IMG/VR virus record: IMGVR_UViG_3300043436_001089 | DNA from: a virus | Taxonomy: Duplodnaviria > Heunggongvirae > Uroviricota > Caudoviricetes | DNA: 64,000 nt | Reading direction: 5' to 3' (one strand) | Shown here: in pieces, positions 1 through 9,232 of the stretch | How positions within the stretch are numbered: position 1 is the first letter of the stretch | How the letters are laid out: every line of letters starts with the position of its first letter | The notes under the pieces: model-generated | What the model was told of the DNA's origin: nothing | What the model saw: only the letters and a program-made list of their open reading frames with translations | Databases searched by the model: none | Made by a program: the position numbers and the translations under genes

Positions 1-124
1 TAAATGAGATTTCATTGCCTGATCCGGGTGCAAAGCCTACTAATACTTTGACCGGTTTTGTTGGTTGCCATGCAAATGCTGACAATGTGAATAAAGTAAG
101 TGCTGTTGCTAATATTTTTTTCAT
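1..124 (-). CDS. Bug/TctC-family tripartite tricarboxylate transporter substrate-binding protein (5' part; runs off window)
   Basis: Hand translation MKKILATALTLFTLSAFA-WQPTKPVKVLVGFAPGSGNEISF: signal peptide plus the typical Bug N-terminal motif; AGGAGG RBS upstream. Confidence 0.75.
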   Translation of the reverse strand, partial: MKKILATALTLFTLSAFAWQPTKPVKVLVGFAPGSGNEISF

Positions 125-204
125 CGTTCCTCCTAATATAAATATGATGATACAATATTTATTCCATTTCGAATAAAAATTTATCTTTTTAAGAAAAATT
201 TAAT

Positions 205-933
205 ATGAACACAAAAATTTTTAAGTTAGTCAAAGAAAATTTAGAACTTGCGTTTAATTTACCCAAGTATTCTAAAATTTCTATTGATAAAAATACTATC
301 GTACAAGACTTACCTTGGACCCCTGCACGTTACCGCAAATTCAAAGATGCAGTAGAAGCTGAGTTGAGTTTACCATGTGACTACGTAGGCACATTGAAAG
401 ATATTGTTAATGATTTGAGTGAACGTTATATTCTACGATTCTTTAGTGAGATTTGGAAACCGCGCACTGGTGACTATGAACATACAGGTTGGGAACTTGC
501 TGATGAGGTCAACAAACTCAATCCTGAGAAAGTACTTGATGTTGGTTGTGGGTATCACCCATTCAAAGGTCGCATTCAAAACATCATTGGTATTGATCCA
601 TACAACAATCAAGCTGATTATGAAGTTGATATATTAGAGTACAAAGTAAAACCAGAATCACATGATGTAATTCTAGCATTAGGATCTATCAACTTTAATA
701 GCAAAGATGAGATTGAAGCACGATTTGAACACTGTATCAATCTATTGAAGAAGGGTGGAAAGTTTTATCTACGTGCTAATCCAGGTATTACTCATAAGAC
801 AGGACCGTATGTCGATATCTTTCCCTGGAGTTTTGAAGTTGTAAATGAGTTTGCTGAAAAGTACAATCTGAATCTAGACACCTTTAAGAAAGATGCTAAC
901 GATAGATTGTACTTTGTGTATACTAAAAATTAA
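205..933 (+). CDS. Class I SAM-dependent methyltransferase with N-terminal ACP-like extension
   Basis: VLDVGCG motif I, GIDP acidic motif II, LKKGG late motif. Confidence 0.8.
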   Translation: MNTKIFKLVKENLELAFNLPKYSKISIDKNTIVQDLPWTPARYRKFKDAVEAELSLPCDYVGTLKDIVNDLSERYILRFFSEIWKPRTGDYEHTGWELADEVNKLNPEKVLDVGCGYHPFKGRIQNIIGIDPYNNQADYEVDILEYKVKPESHDVILALGSINFNSKDEIEARFEHCINLLKKGGKFYLRANPGITHKTGPYVDIFPWSFEVVNEFAEKYNLNLDTFKKDANDRLYFVYTKN

Positions 934-1367
934 TTACACCAAGACTGCTTGGCTTCACCAAAGTATTCACGTGCAAAGCCATTCGCAATTAACTGTTGGC
1001 GCAGACTCTTATCATCTAAGATCATGTCACCCAAGACTCTGCCGCCAAACTTATCCCAAGCATAAAGAGTCACTTGACGCTTTTTACTTGCATTCACTAG
1101 TTTCTTAGTAAACTCGCTTGCTGCCAAGCCACGTTGATTTTCAGATTCACACTTAGCTCTGAATCCTTTTTCAGGAGTGTCTACTCCAAATATTCTAACT
1201 GCAAGCTGCGGCTTTAATGGTGCAGGCAAGAATGGTGCTGCGATAACGATAGTGTCTCCGTCACTTACTTTTAAAATATTTGCATCATATGTAACACCTT
1301 GGGGTGTTTTTTGTGCATACGCAAATGCAGTAAATGTTAATAGTATTGTTGTTATAATTTTTTTCAT
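930..1367 (-). CDS. Thermonuclease (SNase family) with signal peptide
   Basis: KVSDGDT, VRIFGVDTPE, DKFGGRVLG, NGFAREY motifs; N-terminal signal peptide. Confidence 0.92.
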   Translation of the reverse strand: MKKIITTILLTFTAFAYAQKTPQGVTYDANILKVSDGDTIVIAAPFLPAPLKPQLAVRIFGVDTPEKGFRAKCESENQRGLAASEFTKKLVNASKKRQVTLYAWDKFGGRVLGDMILDDKSLRQQLIANGFAREYFGEAKQSWCN

Positions 1368-1398
1368 GTTTCTTTGGTTACTCTAAAATAAGTGCATG

Positions 1399-2796
1399 TT
1401 ATCTTGAATAGTACTGGTTCAATACATTACTATTAAATCCAACATCAATGATGACTGGTTTACCTTGATATAATCCCCAATTAGCTGGTCTGTGAAAATC
1501 AGCTAGTTCAACGTCAAACGAGCTTTTCAATTCTGATAGTCTGTTGACGTATTCTAAGAATGTATCGGCATCCTGCTCATTAGATCCAAAATGTTCATTC
1601 TTGTCAATAATATCATTTAATATATCTCTAGACCTAGTACCATATTCATTAAGTTGCGCTTGTGCCGCTCTGATTAAATCATCAAGTGATTGGCACTTCA
1701 TTAGACTACACAATTGCTTTTCATTTGCCTTCTGTGCTAACTCAGTGTGGACCCAACTTGGTTCACGATTCTGTTCATCATAATCAATGATAGGGATTAG
1801 TATACCCATTTGACTAGCGTAGCCATCACTAAGAATATCAGCTTCTACACTGTTCTGTGCTAGACCTTTGGCATTCTTAGCAATTTTCAATACTGTAGGA
1901 CGACCTTCATATTCAATAGTTGTAGCAACACGACTAGACCCGACGCCTAGCTTCTTTGCACGTTCAAGCGCATAAGCAAGTCTTGACTTGAATGATGTAC
2001 CTTGCTGACGCATTTGTTGAGGATCCCAATCAGCCGGAAGAGGCATCTCGTCAATAATTTCTTCATTCACACTTGGATCCCAGAACATACTCTTAGAACC
2101 CTTTTGGGTTGGCTTAAAACCTTGTCCCTTATAGAACTTAGTTAATTTACTTTGACTAACTTGTCCTTTATCCCAAGGGAATAACGTAAGTATAATGCCA
2201 TCTTCTTTAGCTAATAACTGAAGTTCTTTCATAGCACGACTGCCCACGCCTTGACGTAACGGATATGCTTGGAACCATTTAACTTCTACTGCACCACGTT
2301 TACTGAAACTTGGAGTTAGTTCAAACACTGCGAACTGTTGTTCATCACCTTCACCCCAAACCATAACGTGATTGTTCTGCATAGTATGTGGATACTTAGC
2401 ATAGACTTTTTCAATCCATGCTTTAGCAGGTTGATTACCTGAAAGTGTAATCTTTTGTTCTTCCCACACATACTCATCTTCACCGCGATGCTTATCCCAG
2501 AAGCCTGAACCAGCTTTGGTTTGATCGTGACTTCTATTGATGATATAATCTTCACTCTTTAGGTAGTCATACATTGACTTGGCAATGCCACGATTACGAA
2601 AATCGTCATGCACCCAAAGATCCTGTGGATATAGGTCTTTGTTTTCTTTAACAAACTTTACATATGCTAATGGGCTTCTAGTAGTAGGCTCAAATGCCTT
2701 CATAACTAATGCACTGTCGTTGAATGCATACTTTAAAATCAAGCCATTGACCTTAGCAGACTTAGATTCTTCAGTGATAAATTCAGTTGCTCTCAT
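1399..2796 (-). CDS. GNAT-GNAT-protein-kinase-like tri-domain protein with capsid-targeting-like leader
   Basis: VHDDFRNRGIA and PLRQGVGS acetyl-CoA motifs; LGVGSSRVA/VLKIAK/NSVE/DFHRPAN/IIDVG kinase motifs; starts MRATEFITE. Confidence 0.75.
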   Translation of the reverse strand: MRATEFITEESKSAKVNGLILKYAFNDSALVMKAFEPTTRSPLAYVKFVKENKDLYPQDLWVHDDFRNRGIAKSMYDYLKSEDYIINRSHDQTKAGSGFWDKHRGEDEYVWEEQKITLSGNQPAKAWIEKVYAKYPHTMQNNHVMVWGEGDEQQFAVFELTPSFSKRGAVEVKWFQAYPLRQGVGSRAMKELQLLAKEDGIILTLFPWDKGQVSQSKLTKFYKGQGFKPTQKGSKSMFWDPSVNEEIIDEMPLPADWDPQQMRQQGTSFKSRLAYALERAKKLGVGSSRVATTIEYEGRPTVLKIAKNAKGLAQNSVEADILSDGYASQMGILIPIIDYDEQNREPSWVHTELAQKANEKQLCSLMKCQSLDDLIRAAQAQLNEYGTRSRDILNDIIDKNEHFGSNEQDADTFLEYVNRLSELKSSFDVELADFHRPANWGLYQGKPVIIDVGFNSNVLNQYYSR

Positions 2797-3656
2797 TATT
2801 GCCCCGTCCAGACAGCGTATAAGCCTGTATCCGAATTGTAGCCACCGTATACTTTACTTAATTTTGTATCAACGTAAGCCTTCAACTCTTGTTTAGTAGT
2901 ATCAGGTTTTACATCAAACGCAAAGTATTCATCATCGTGGCGTCCTTTGCCCATGTACTGCCCACCCAGTTGTCCCATGATGATGTCAATATTCTTGTTG
3001 ACTTGTGCCGGGGTAGTATCACTAAATCTGCTTCGCTCTGCATTAGGGTTTAGATCGTCATCGTCCATAGAAAAGTAACCCTTCATCTCTACGCCGGGTA
3101 TACTAGCAAGACTGAGCCAGTTTCTACGACCACCGGGTGTTTGACTACTTCCGGCAAGTAATGGACGCTTCATAATAGTTAGTACGATACCATACAACGC
3201 CTTAGCAAGACCTACGCCACGATAATCTTCATCTACTGTGATAGTGTCAACTTGTACTGCACCTTTTAGTGGGAAATATTTAGCGTCACTGACTGACAAT
3301 TTGCCTATCAATTGTCCCGGAGTATTTAAGTCACGTTGGCTACGTTCCCAAGAATAAAGTCTAGTACGATAATCATAGATAGACTCTCTTCGGTTACGAA
3401 CTGGTTTAGGTTCAATGCCTCTTTCTTTTTGCGCAATAAAGTCTTTACCGTTTGGATCCCAAAGTTTGATATCAATGCCTCCGTATCTACCTTCGCTAGT
3501 AGAATACAGCAATCCACTACCGCCGGGTAGTTTCTTTACTTGCTTACCAACTTGTTTGTCATAGAGGCTGTCTTTACCGCCGCTGTAAGCACTAGGAGTT
3601 AATCTTTCGATCTCGTCAAGTTCTTGTGTTTCGTTTATAAATTCTGTTGCTCTCAT
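2796..3656 (-). CDS. GNAT-family acetyltransferase domain protein
   Basis: VDEDYRGVGLAKALY motif A; starts MRATEFINE. Confidence 0.7.
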   Translation of the reverse strand: MRATEFINETQELDEIERLTPSAYSGGKDSLYDKQVGKQVKKLPGGSGLLYSTSEGRYGGIDIKLWDPNGKDFIAQKERGIEPKPVRNRRESIYDYRTRLYSWERSQRDLNTPGQLIGKLSVSDAKYFPLKGAVQVDTITVDEDYRGVGLAKALYGIVLTIMKRPLLAGSSQTPGGRRNWLSLASIPGVEMKGYFSMDDDDLNPNAERSRFSDTTPAQVNKNIDIIMGQLGGQYMGKGRHDDEYFAFDVKPDTTKQELKAYVDTKLSKVYGGYNSDTGLYAVWTGQ

Positions 3657-3730
3657 ACTGGACTATACGGATTTTTAAAGGTGTCGTATCCGTCATCTTC
3701 AGGATACACTGGATATTCATTTTCTCTCAT
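3653..3730 (-). CDS. 25-aa micro-ORF (MRENEYPVYPEDDGYDTFKNPYSPV)
   Basis: Fills the gap exactly, with ATGA start/stop overlaps to both neighbours. Confidence 0.7.
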   Translation of the reverse strand: MRENEYPVYPEDDGYDTFKNPYSPV

Positions 3731-4281
3731 AAACTTTTCCCCCATCTTGTATTTATAACATTCCAGTTTATGATCTTCCATTGTTCTTTCAAGTATTTTT
3801 TCTTATCAGAGCCATAGTCTAATATCCAAGCATGTTCCCACCAGTCAATCAGTAACAATATATCATTACGTACTTCATGATTCTTGATAGTTTTAATATC
3901 ACCTTTATCAGATAGATATATCCAGCCACTTCCTTGAATCTTCATTGCTTCTTCTTCAAACTTACTTTTCATACTATTATATGATCCGTAGTGTTTATCA
4001 ACAAATCCTAACATAGGACCGTTTGGTTTATTGTCGTTTCGTACTTCTCTGAATTGAGTGAACAGCATGTTGTGCAAGAATACACCTGCATAATTAAAGT
4101 CACTGTCTCCCTCTTTGTGATTATACCTATCAGCATAACCATGAGCTAACTTACCGTAATGTAATGCTATAGTTTCCTTGCTTAATACAGGAGAAACCTC
4201 ACGCTCAGTGAAGTTTAACGGGATAATTTCAATGTCTCTTGGCTTTGACTTATCCTCAAGCAACTCTATTAAGTCTCTCAC
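3727..4281 (-). CDS. sod: Fe/Mn superoxide dismutase
   Basis: LHYGKLAHGY, FLHN, GSGWIYL and IDWWEHAW supply the H/H/D/H metal ligands. Confidence 0.92.
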   Translation of the reverse strand: MRDLIELLEDKSKPRDIEIIPLNFTEREVSPVLSKETIALHYGKLAHGYADRYNHKEGDSDFNYAGVFLHNMLFTQFREVRNDNKPNGPMLGFVDKHYGSYNSMKSKFEEEAMKIQGSGWIYLSDKGDIKTIKNHEVRNDILLLIDWWEHAWILDYGSDKKKYLKEQWKIINWNVINTRWGKSL

Positions 4282-4718
4282 TCACGCTCTTTCTTTAGTA
4301 CCGAACGAATGAACCAAGCTTTCTTGCCATACAAGTCTTGTAGTTCAGCCATAAAGTTAGAAATACCTTGCTGATTTTCATTAGCGGCTTCATGAAACAT
4401 TTGAACAGCTAAGTTACACATTGTTTCACAATCTTGTAGTGATTCAACAAACATTAATTCAGCACGTGGAATCTTAGTTTGATCTTGAATAATTGATAGT
4501 TCACCATAACGTGTTAAGCTACCTGGAGTATAGTGACCTAAGATTCTGATATACTCAGCAATACGGTCAATAGTACCACTTACATCACCGTACAGTGTAT
4601 CAAAGAATTCGTGATACTGTGGAAAGTTACTACCTTCAACATTCCAGTGAAAGTTTTGACTTTTGATTGCAAACGCTTGTGTGCTTGCTAATAGTACTTT
4701 TAAGTTATCTGATAACAT
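4278..4718 (-). CDS. dps: Dps / ferritin-like DNA-protection protein
   Basis: QNFHWNVEG..F..YHEFF..LY and IDRIAEYIR..G ferroxidase motifs. Confidence 0.93.
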   Translation of the reverse strand: MLSDNLKVLLASTQAFAIKSQNFHWNVEGSNFPQYHEFFDTLYGDVSGTIDRIAEYIRILGHYTPGSLTRYGELSIIQDQTKIPRAELMFVESLQDCETMCNLAVQMFHEAANENQQGISNFMAELQDLYGKKAWFIRSVLKKERE

Positions 4719-6180
4719 TCTTTTTCTTTCTTAATCTGTTTTCTTCTAGATTGGCTGCATACTGAGGCTTGCCTGCTTTACGTGCAGCCAATCGTTTTTG
4801 TAATTCTGGATTCACCCCTTGTTGGCCTGGCTTGTATTGTGCAATGCCTTGACCAATAGCTGAGTTTGGTGTCGGCACGGGTGTTGTAGGTGTTGTTGGT
4901 TGGGCTGTAGTAGGTTGAGTTGGTGTTACCGCAGGTTTAGCTACTGGTGCCGCCGCAAACGGATCTGGTAATTTCAATTGTGCAAAAGCTGATGTGACCG
5001 CAGTATTTTCTATGCCTTGTGTTGTTAAGAATTTTGCCAATGCAACACTGTCAGTAGGACTGCCTGCCTTTGTCCATGCGCTTTTTAATTTGGCTGCATC
5101 AACTTTATTACCAGTCATACCAAACAATTCATTGAGTTGACTCTCTGTTACTTTTGCAGGAGCTTTAGCCCCGCCGGCTGCTTGACCTGCAACTGCTGAC
5201 AATGCGGGGCCTACTGAACTTAACAATGATGCTACTGCATTAGCCGCGTCACCAACTACTCCGGGCGGGATTTCTTTTACGGTACCCATAGCTTGTATGG
5301 CTGCATTCTGATACGCTTCAGAACCAATCTTTGCTAATGTCTTAGCCCAATTTGCGGCATCTGCGGCACTTGATGCATCCATTGCCGCACTAAGATCACC
5401 TATTTTAGCATTTCTCATTATTTCATTAGCGACTTTTTGTCCTTCACGATACGCTGCCATATCTTCTGGTTTTAGATAGAATTGAGCGCCATTGTAATTT
5501 ATACTGCCTACGCCACTAGACAAGAACTTAGTTGCACCTAATGCACTCAATGCTTCTCTAGCCTTAGATAATCCGCCTGCTGTTAGGCCTGCAACTGCGC
5601 CTGCTGTTGCGCCACGTCCGATAGCAGTAGATGCTTTTTGTCCTTGTAACAATCTGTCAGCAATATTAATAATTCCAGTTGCAATACCAGCACCTGATCC
5701 TACTGCTAACGCACTTGCTCCAATTCCGCCTGCTAATGCTACACCTAATGAGGCAGCAATAGAACCTGCGATTGCTAATAAGAACTTGTGCATCTTAGGA
5801 TTGTTCTTAGCATACTCTCCATACTTTGCTAACTTGGCAGCAATTTCAGGATGCTTAGTAGCAACGCTACTCTTAATAGATTCCCACTTCTCATCAAAGC
5901 CTTGAACTGGTGCACTATTCTGTAACATGCCACCAAACTTATTGAACCATGCATCACTTATTTTATCTTTGGCTGCTCCGACTACATCAGTAGCTCTACC
6001 CAACATACTACGACCTGCGTTTTGTTGTACTGTTGAAAATATTTGGTCAATCTGTGCAGGGTTTAGAGCCATCTCACATAATGTAGGATGAATCTCACGT
6101 TCCCATGTACTGAAGTACGTGTCACCTCTACCTATGCTTTCAAAGATAGATTGTTTTCTAGTTAAATCTAATGCTCTCAT
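4705..6180 (-). CDS. Ala/Gly-rich putative virion internal/ejection protein
   Basis: Long Gly/Ala hydrophobic segment, Pro/Thr linker and repeated x-x-E sites; no catalytic motif. Confidence 0.4.
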   Translation of the reverse strand: MRALDLTRKQSIFESIGRGDTYFSTWEREIHPTLCEMALNPAQIDQIFSTVQQNAGRSMLGRATDVVGAAKDKISDAWFNKFGGMLQNSAPVQGFDEKWESIKSSVATKHPEIAAKLAKYGEYAKNNPKMHKFLLAIAGSIAASLGVALAGGIGASALAVGSGAGIATGIINIADRLLQGQKASTAIGRGATAGAVAGLTAGGLSKAREALSALGATKFLSSGVGSINYNGAQFYLKPEDMAAYREGQKVANEIMRNAKIGDLSAAMDASSAADAANWAKTLAKIGSEAYQNAAIQAMGTVKEIPPGVVGDAANAVASLLSSVGPALSAVAGQAAGGAKAPAKVTESQLNELFGMTGNKVDAAKLKSAWTKAGSPTDSVALAKFLTTQGIENTAVTSAFAQLKLPDPFAAAPVAKPAVTPTQPTTAQPTTPTTPVPTPNSAIGQGIAQYKPGQQGVNPELQKRLAARKAGKPQYAANLEENRLRKKKNVIR

Positions 6181-6181
6181 T

Positions 6182-8419
6182 TTATTGTCTCAACTTTAAA
6201 CCTCTGTGCATAGCAGTTCCTTGTGCTGAAATTGGGCCTCCGTGTAGCCCATCACGTTCTTCACCATTACTATTGTACCACTTACCATCAGCGCCTTTCT
6301 TCAAAGGTTCTTTTGTTTGATAATCAACAGGTGTAAATGGTTTGTTACTACCGGAGTCACTTTGGGGAGAAACTTTTTGTTGCTTACCATTCATTCGTGC
6401 TTGTAATTCAGCTTTGGCGGCATCAATACTTACCATTGGTCTTTGATGTTCCCCAGAAACCACTTGTTGCAAGTATACATCGCTTAAACCACTAGGATTA
6501 AATTGTGCCTGTGCTTGCCCTGCACCGCCTAATGCTCCTAGTGCCATTGCACCTGCAGCCGCGGCATGCTTCCAATTGATTTCATCTACTTGTTGTAGAC
6601 CTTCTAAGATAGAACTTTCTTTTACTTTAACACAGTCATCTTTACCGTTTTCTGTTCCATTGTAGCGGTAGCCGGGCCAGCAAGCCTTACCATCAGCGCC
6701 TTTGATTTTTTCTTCTGCTACATCAGACTTCACAAAACCAATACCACTGCACTTGCCACATTTGTATTTCTTGGCATCTGGACGATTCATAGGATGAACT
6801 TCACCGTCATCTGTTTTGTAAACATAGCCCTTGCCATGGCATCTCTTGCAACCAGTCTGTGTTCTTTTTATAGTAGGACCTGGCATATGGTCTACTTCAG
6901 GATATCCACCTTCCGCCACACCTTGACCTAATACTTGTTTTACTAACAGTTGAGGAGCAAACTCCATATCACCGGCTAACTCTCTTGCGGCCGCTAATAC
7001 TGCTTGTGGAGTAGGTTGTAATCTTTTTTCTTCTACATCTCGGCGTAGTTTCATAATAAGAGATTGTGCATCATATCCTAAATCTCTAACGCCTTCCGCC
7101 ACACCTTGCTGTCTCTGTAGTTTGGCAATTCTTGCTTGATACATTGCTACATCTTTTGGACGCTTATATGGACCAGCAGCAATCTTCTTTAATTCATCTT
7201 GATATTTTTGGATCAAATATTCTGGAGTCATATATGAATCGTTGCCAGGATGACGGCGTAGTGGATCACTATAAGGGCGTCCATCCTTCATACCAGGTCT
7301 GTCACCTTCCGCCACACCTTGCTCTTTTTGAGAATCTCGGTAAAGTCTTTTCAAGTGTTTCAATGCTTCTTCTCTAGTATCCGGGCCAGCAACAAAAGAA
7401 TTACCCACTTGTGCAGTATAAAAGATCATACCGCTTTGTGTGGTAGTTGTTGTTATGCTACCAACTTTTTTACCTTTAATAAAAATATCTTCTACAGTTC
7501 TTTTTGTTTTTGCTTCATCAAGTTCAGCCTCCGCCACACCTTGCTCTTTGACTTTTTTACGCAAAGGATTAGTGGGATCATCTTGGAATCCTTGTTTGGC
7601 CCCTTGCTTGATATATTCATCATAACCAGATGGTCGCTTGATTGGTTTCTTGTCGTTCTTGGCCAATTTGGTAGGAACTCCCATCCAATCTGTTGGTGTT
7701 TTAGAGCCTTCCGCCACACCTTTGATAGTATAGTCTGGACGACTACGAACTGTTTCTTGATGTAGGTCTCTGAGTCCTTCGATTGCGTCTTCTCTGGAAT
7801 CAATAAAATCATTGCCGCTGTCCATACGATAATGGAAAAATCCCCAACCATTTTCGTCTTGATAAATCTCACCAATTGGTCTACCGTTGCGTAATTTAAT
7901 TACTTCGGCATTAGGGTAGATAGTATCGTTCGAGCCTTCCGTCACACCTTGCTCTTTAGGTGGGTTAACTGGAACAGTCTTATATACACGCTTGACAGGA
8001 TCCCACACAGTTTTGCGCTCACCTTGTTTAGCCATCTGACCTAGACGCTGAACTTTATCTTGATACTCAGGACCGTAATCTTGTTCTGCTTCAGATACAT
8101 TCTTTGATGCTATCTCATGAAATTGAGGACGACCAAATTGAAAGTTTGCTCTTTGAATTGGTATACGACTGACCCAATGGCCTCTATGATGTTGCAGGCC
8201 CAATTCTTTTGCTATACTTTCTTGACCAGTAGGTACATCGTATTCATATACACCGTTACGAGTTTCAGCAGAACTAGTTGGTAATTCATCTGGTTCATTA
8301 AGACCAGCATTTCGTTCGCCACTTAAATCGCTTCTACGGCGTGTATCCATGGCATTCTGTTGGTCTTGTTCATCACGATTAAAATAACCTTCATTCAAAC
8401 CTTTTAGAATATTGCTCAT
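6182..8419 (-). CDS. Modular polyprotein of QGVAEG-delimited cassettes (includes CxxCxGxG zinc finger, CWPGY module, internal signal-peptide-like segment)
   Basis: Six (Q/K)GV(A/T)E(G/A) linkers separate unrelated 60-76 aa modules. Confidence 0.8.
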   Translation of the reverse strand: MSNILKGLNEGYFNRDEQDQQNAMDTRRRSDLSGERNAGLNEPDELPTSSAETRNGVYEYDVPTGQESIAKELGLQHHRGHWVSRIPIQRANFQFGRPQFHEIASKNVSEAEQDYGPEYQDKVQRLGQMAKQGERKTVWDPVKRVYKTVPVNPPKEQGVTEGSNDTIYPNAEVIKLRNGRPIGEIYQDENGWGFFHYRMDSGNDFIDSREDAIEGLRDLHQETVRSRPDYTIKGVAEGSKTPTDWMGVPTKLAKNDKKPIKRPSGYDEYIKQGAKQGFQDDPTNPLRKKVKEQGVAEAELDEAKTKRTVEDIFIKGKKVGSITTTTTQSGMIFYTAQVGNSFVAGPDTREEALKHLKRLYRDSQKEQGVAEGDRPGMKDGRPYSDPLRRHPGNDSYMTPEYLIQKYQDELKKIAAGPYKRPKDVAMYQARIAKLQRQQGVAEGVRDLGYDAQSLIMKLRRDVEEKRLQPTPQAVLAAARELAGDMEFAPQLLVKQVLGQGVAEGGYPEVDHMPGPTIKRTQTGCKRCHGKGYVYKTDDGEVHPMNRPDAKKYKCGKCSGIGFVKSDVAEEKIKGADGKACWPGYRYNGTENGKDDCVKVKESSILEGLQQVDEINWKHAAAAGAMALGALGGAGQAQAQFNPSGLSDVYLQQVVSGEHQRPMVSIDAAKAELQARMNGKQQKVSPQSDSGSNKPFTPVDYQTKEPLKKGADGKWYNSNGEERDGLHGGPISAQGTAMHRGLKLRQ
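6909..7951 (-). repeat. Dispersed 17-nt in-frame repeat CAAGGTGTGGCGGAAGG, array 1
   Basis: Exact copies at 6909-6925, 7092-7108, 7305-7321; near-exact at 7527-7543, 7707-7723, 7935-7951; periods 183/213/222/180/228 nt, all multiples of 3. Confidence 0.95.
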
Positions 8420-9189
8420 TTTGATTTTCCTTCTGCCGCGCCCTGCTTGTAACCATTGAGATAAGTTGTTTTCATCAATGCGCTAGCCATATGCTGTTTG
8501 TTTTTCTCTGCGCCGGCTTTACCATCTTTGACGCCGGCTGAAAACACTTTCTTTGAAGCAGCTTTATGTGCGTCTGTTACTGGTCCGTATGCGGCTTTGC
8601 CTTCCGCCACGCCCTGAACTTGCTTACCTTCTAAGTATTCACGCACACTGTTTAGATAGTCATTGGCTTTGATAATCTTTTCTTGAACCCAGCCCTGTAG
8701 ACCTTCATCTTCACTAGTAGATTCTATCATCCTATAAATTGATTCTGCGTTCTTTGCGGCACTGATTAAATCACTGCGAGCCATCTCAACTTCATGGTCA
8801 ACACGACTCTTACCGTGTGGTACAAATCCAGTTTTCATTTTACGGCCTTGGCCGGGAACTAATACAATGTCTTCTTCTTCTAGTCTAGCTTCGCTGACTG
8901 GTTCAGGTTTAGCAGATAAGTTCTTACGAGCTTCCTGCTTAGTCATCTTGTATTTCTTTTTGAATTCTTCGTCTTTTAATTCTTTAAGATCCATTGATAG
9001 TTGCTTCATAGCACCTTCAGTTAAGCTATTAGCATAAGGACCTTTTTTCTTTGTTGAACCCTTCATGACTTTTTCTGCGGGCTGTAAGCCTGCGACTTGA
9101 GGTCGTGTCTGTACCTCACCTAAGGGTTTTGAAACTGTAGCTACTGATCCTGCAGTAGTAGTTTCATTGATAATTTGATTGATTTTCAT
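8416..9189 (-). CDS. Putative internal head protein, modular
   Basis: Starts MKINQIINE; QGVAEG linker at 8600-8616 and QGAAEG at 8429-8445. Confidence 0.5.
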   Translation of the reverse strand: MKINQIINETTTAGSVATVSKPLGEVQTRPQVAGLQPAEKVMKGSTKKKGPYANSLTEGAMKQLSMDLKELKDEEFKKKYKMTKQEARKNLSAKPEPVSEARLEEEDIVLVPGQGRKMKTGFVPHGKSRVDHEVEMARSDLISAAKNAESIYRMIESTSEDEGLQGWVQEKIIKANDYLNSVREYLEGKQVQGVAEGKAAYGPVTDAHKAASKKVFSAGVKDGKAGAEKNKQHMASALMKTTYLNGYKQGAAEGKSK

Positions 9190-9232
9190 AGCAATTCCGA
9201 AGTAATATAGTATTTATCAAAATACTATCTAA

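Noticed and set aside
6909-7951. Repeat-spacer pattern as a CRISPR array
   Set aside because: Repeat is only 17 nt, spacers are 160-470 nt and always in frame within an ORF, and no cas genes are present
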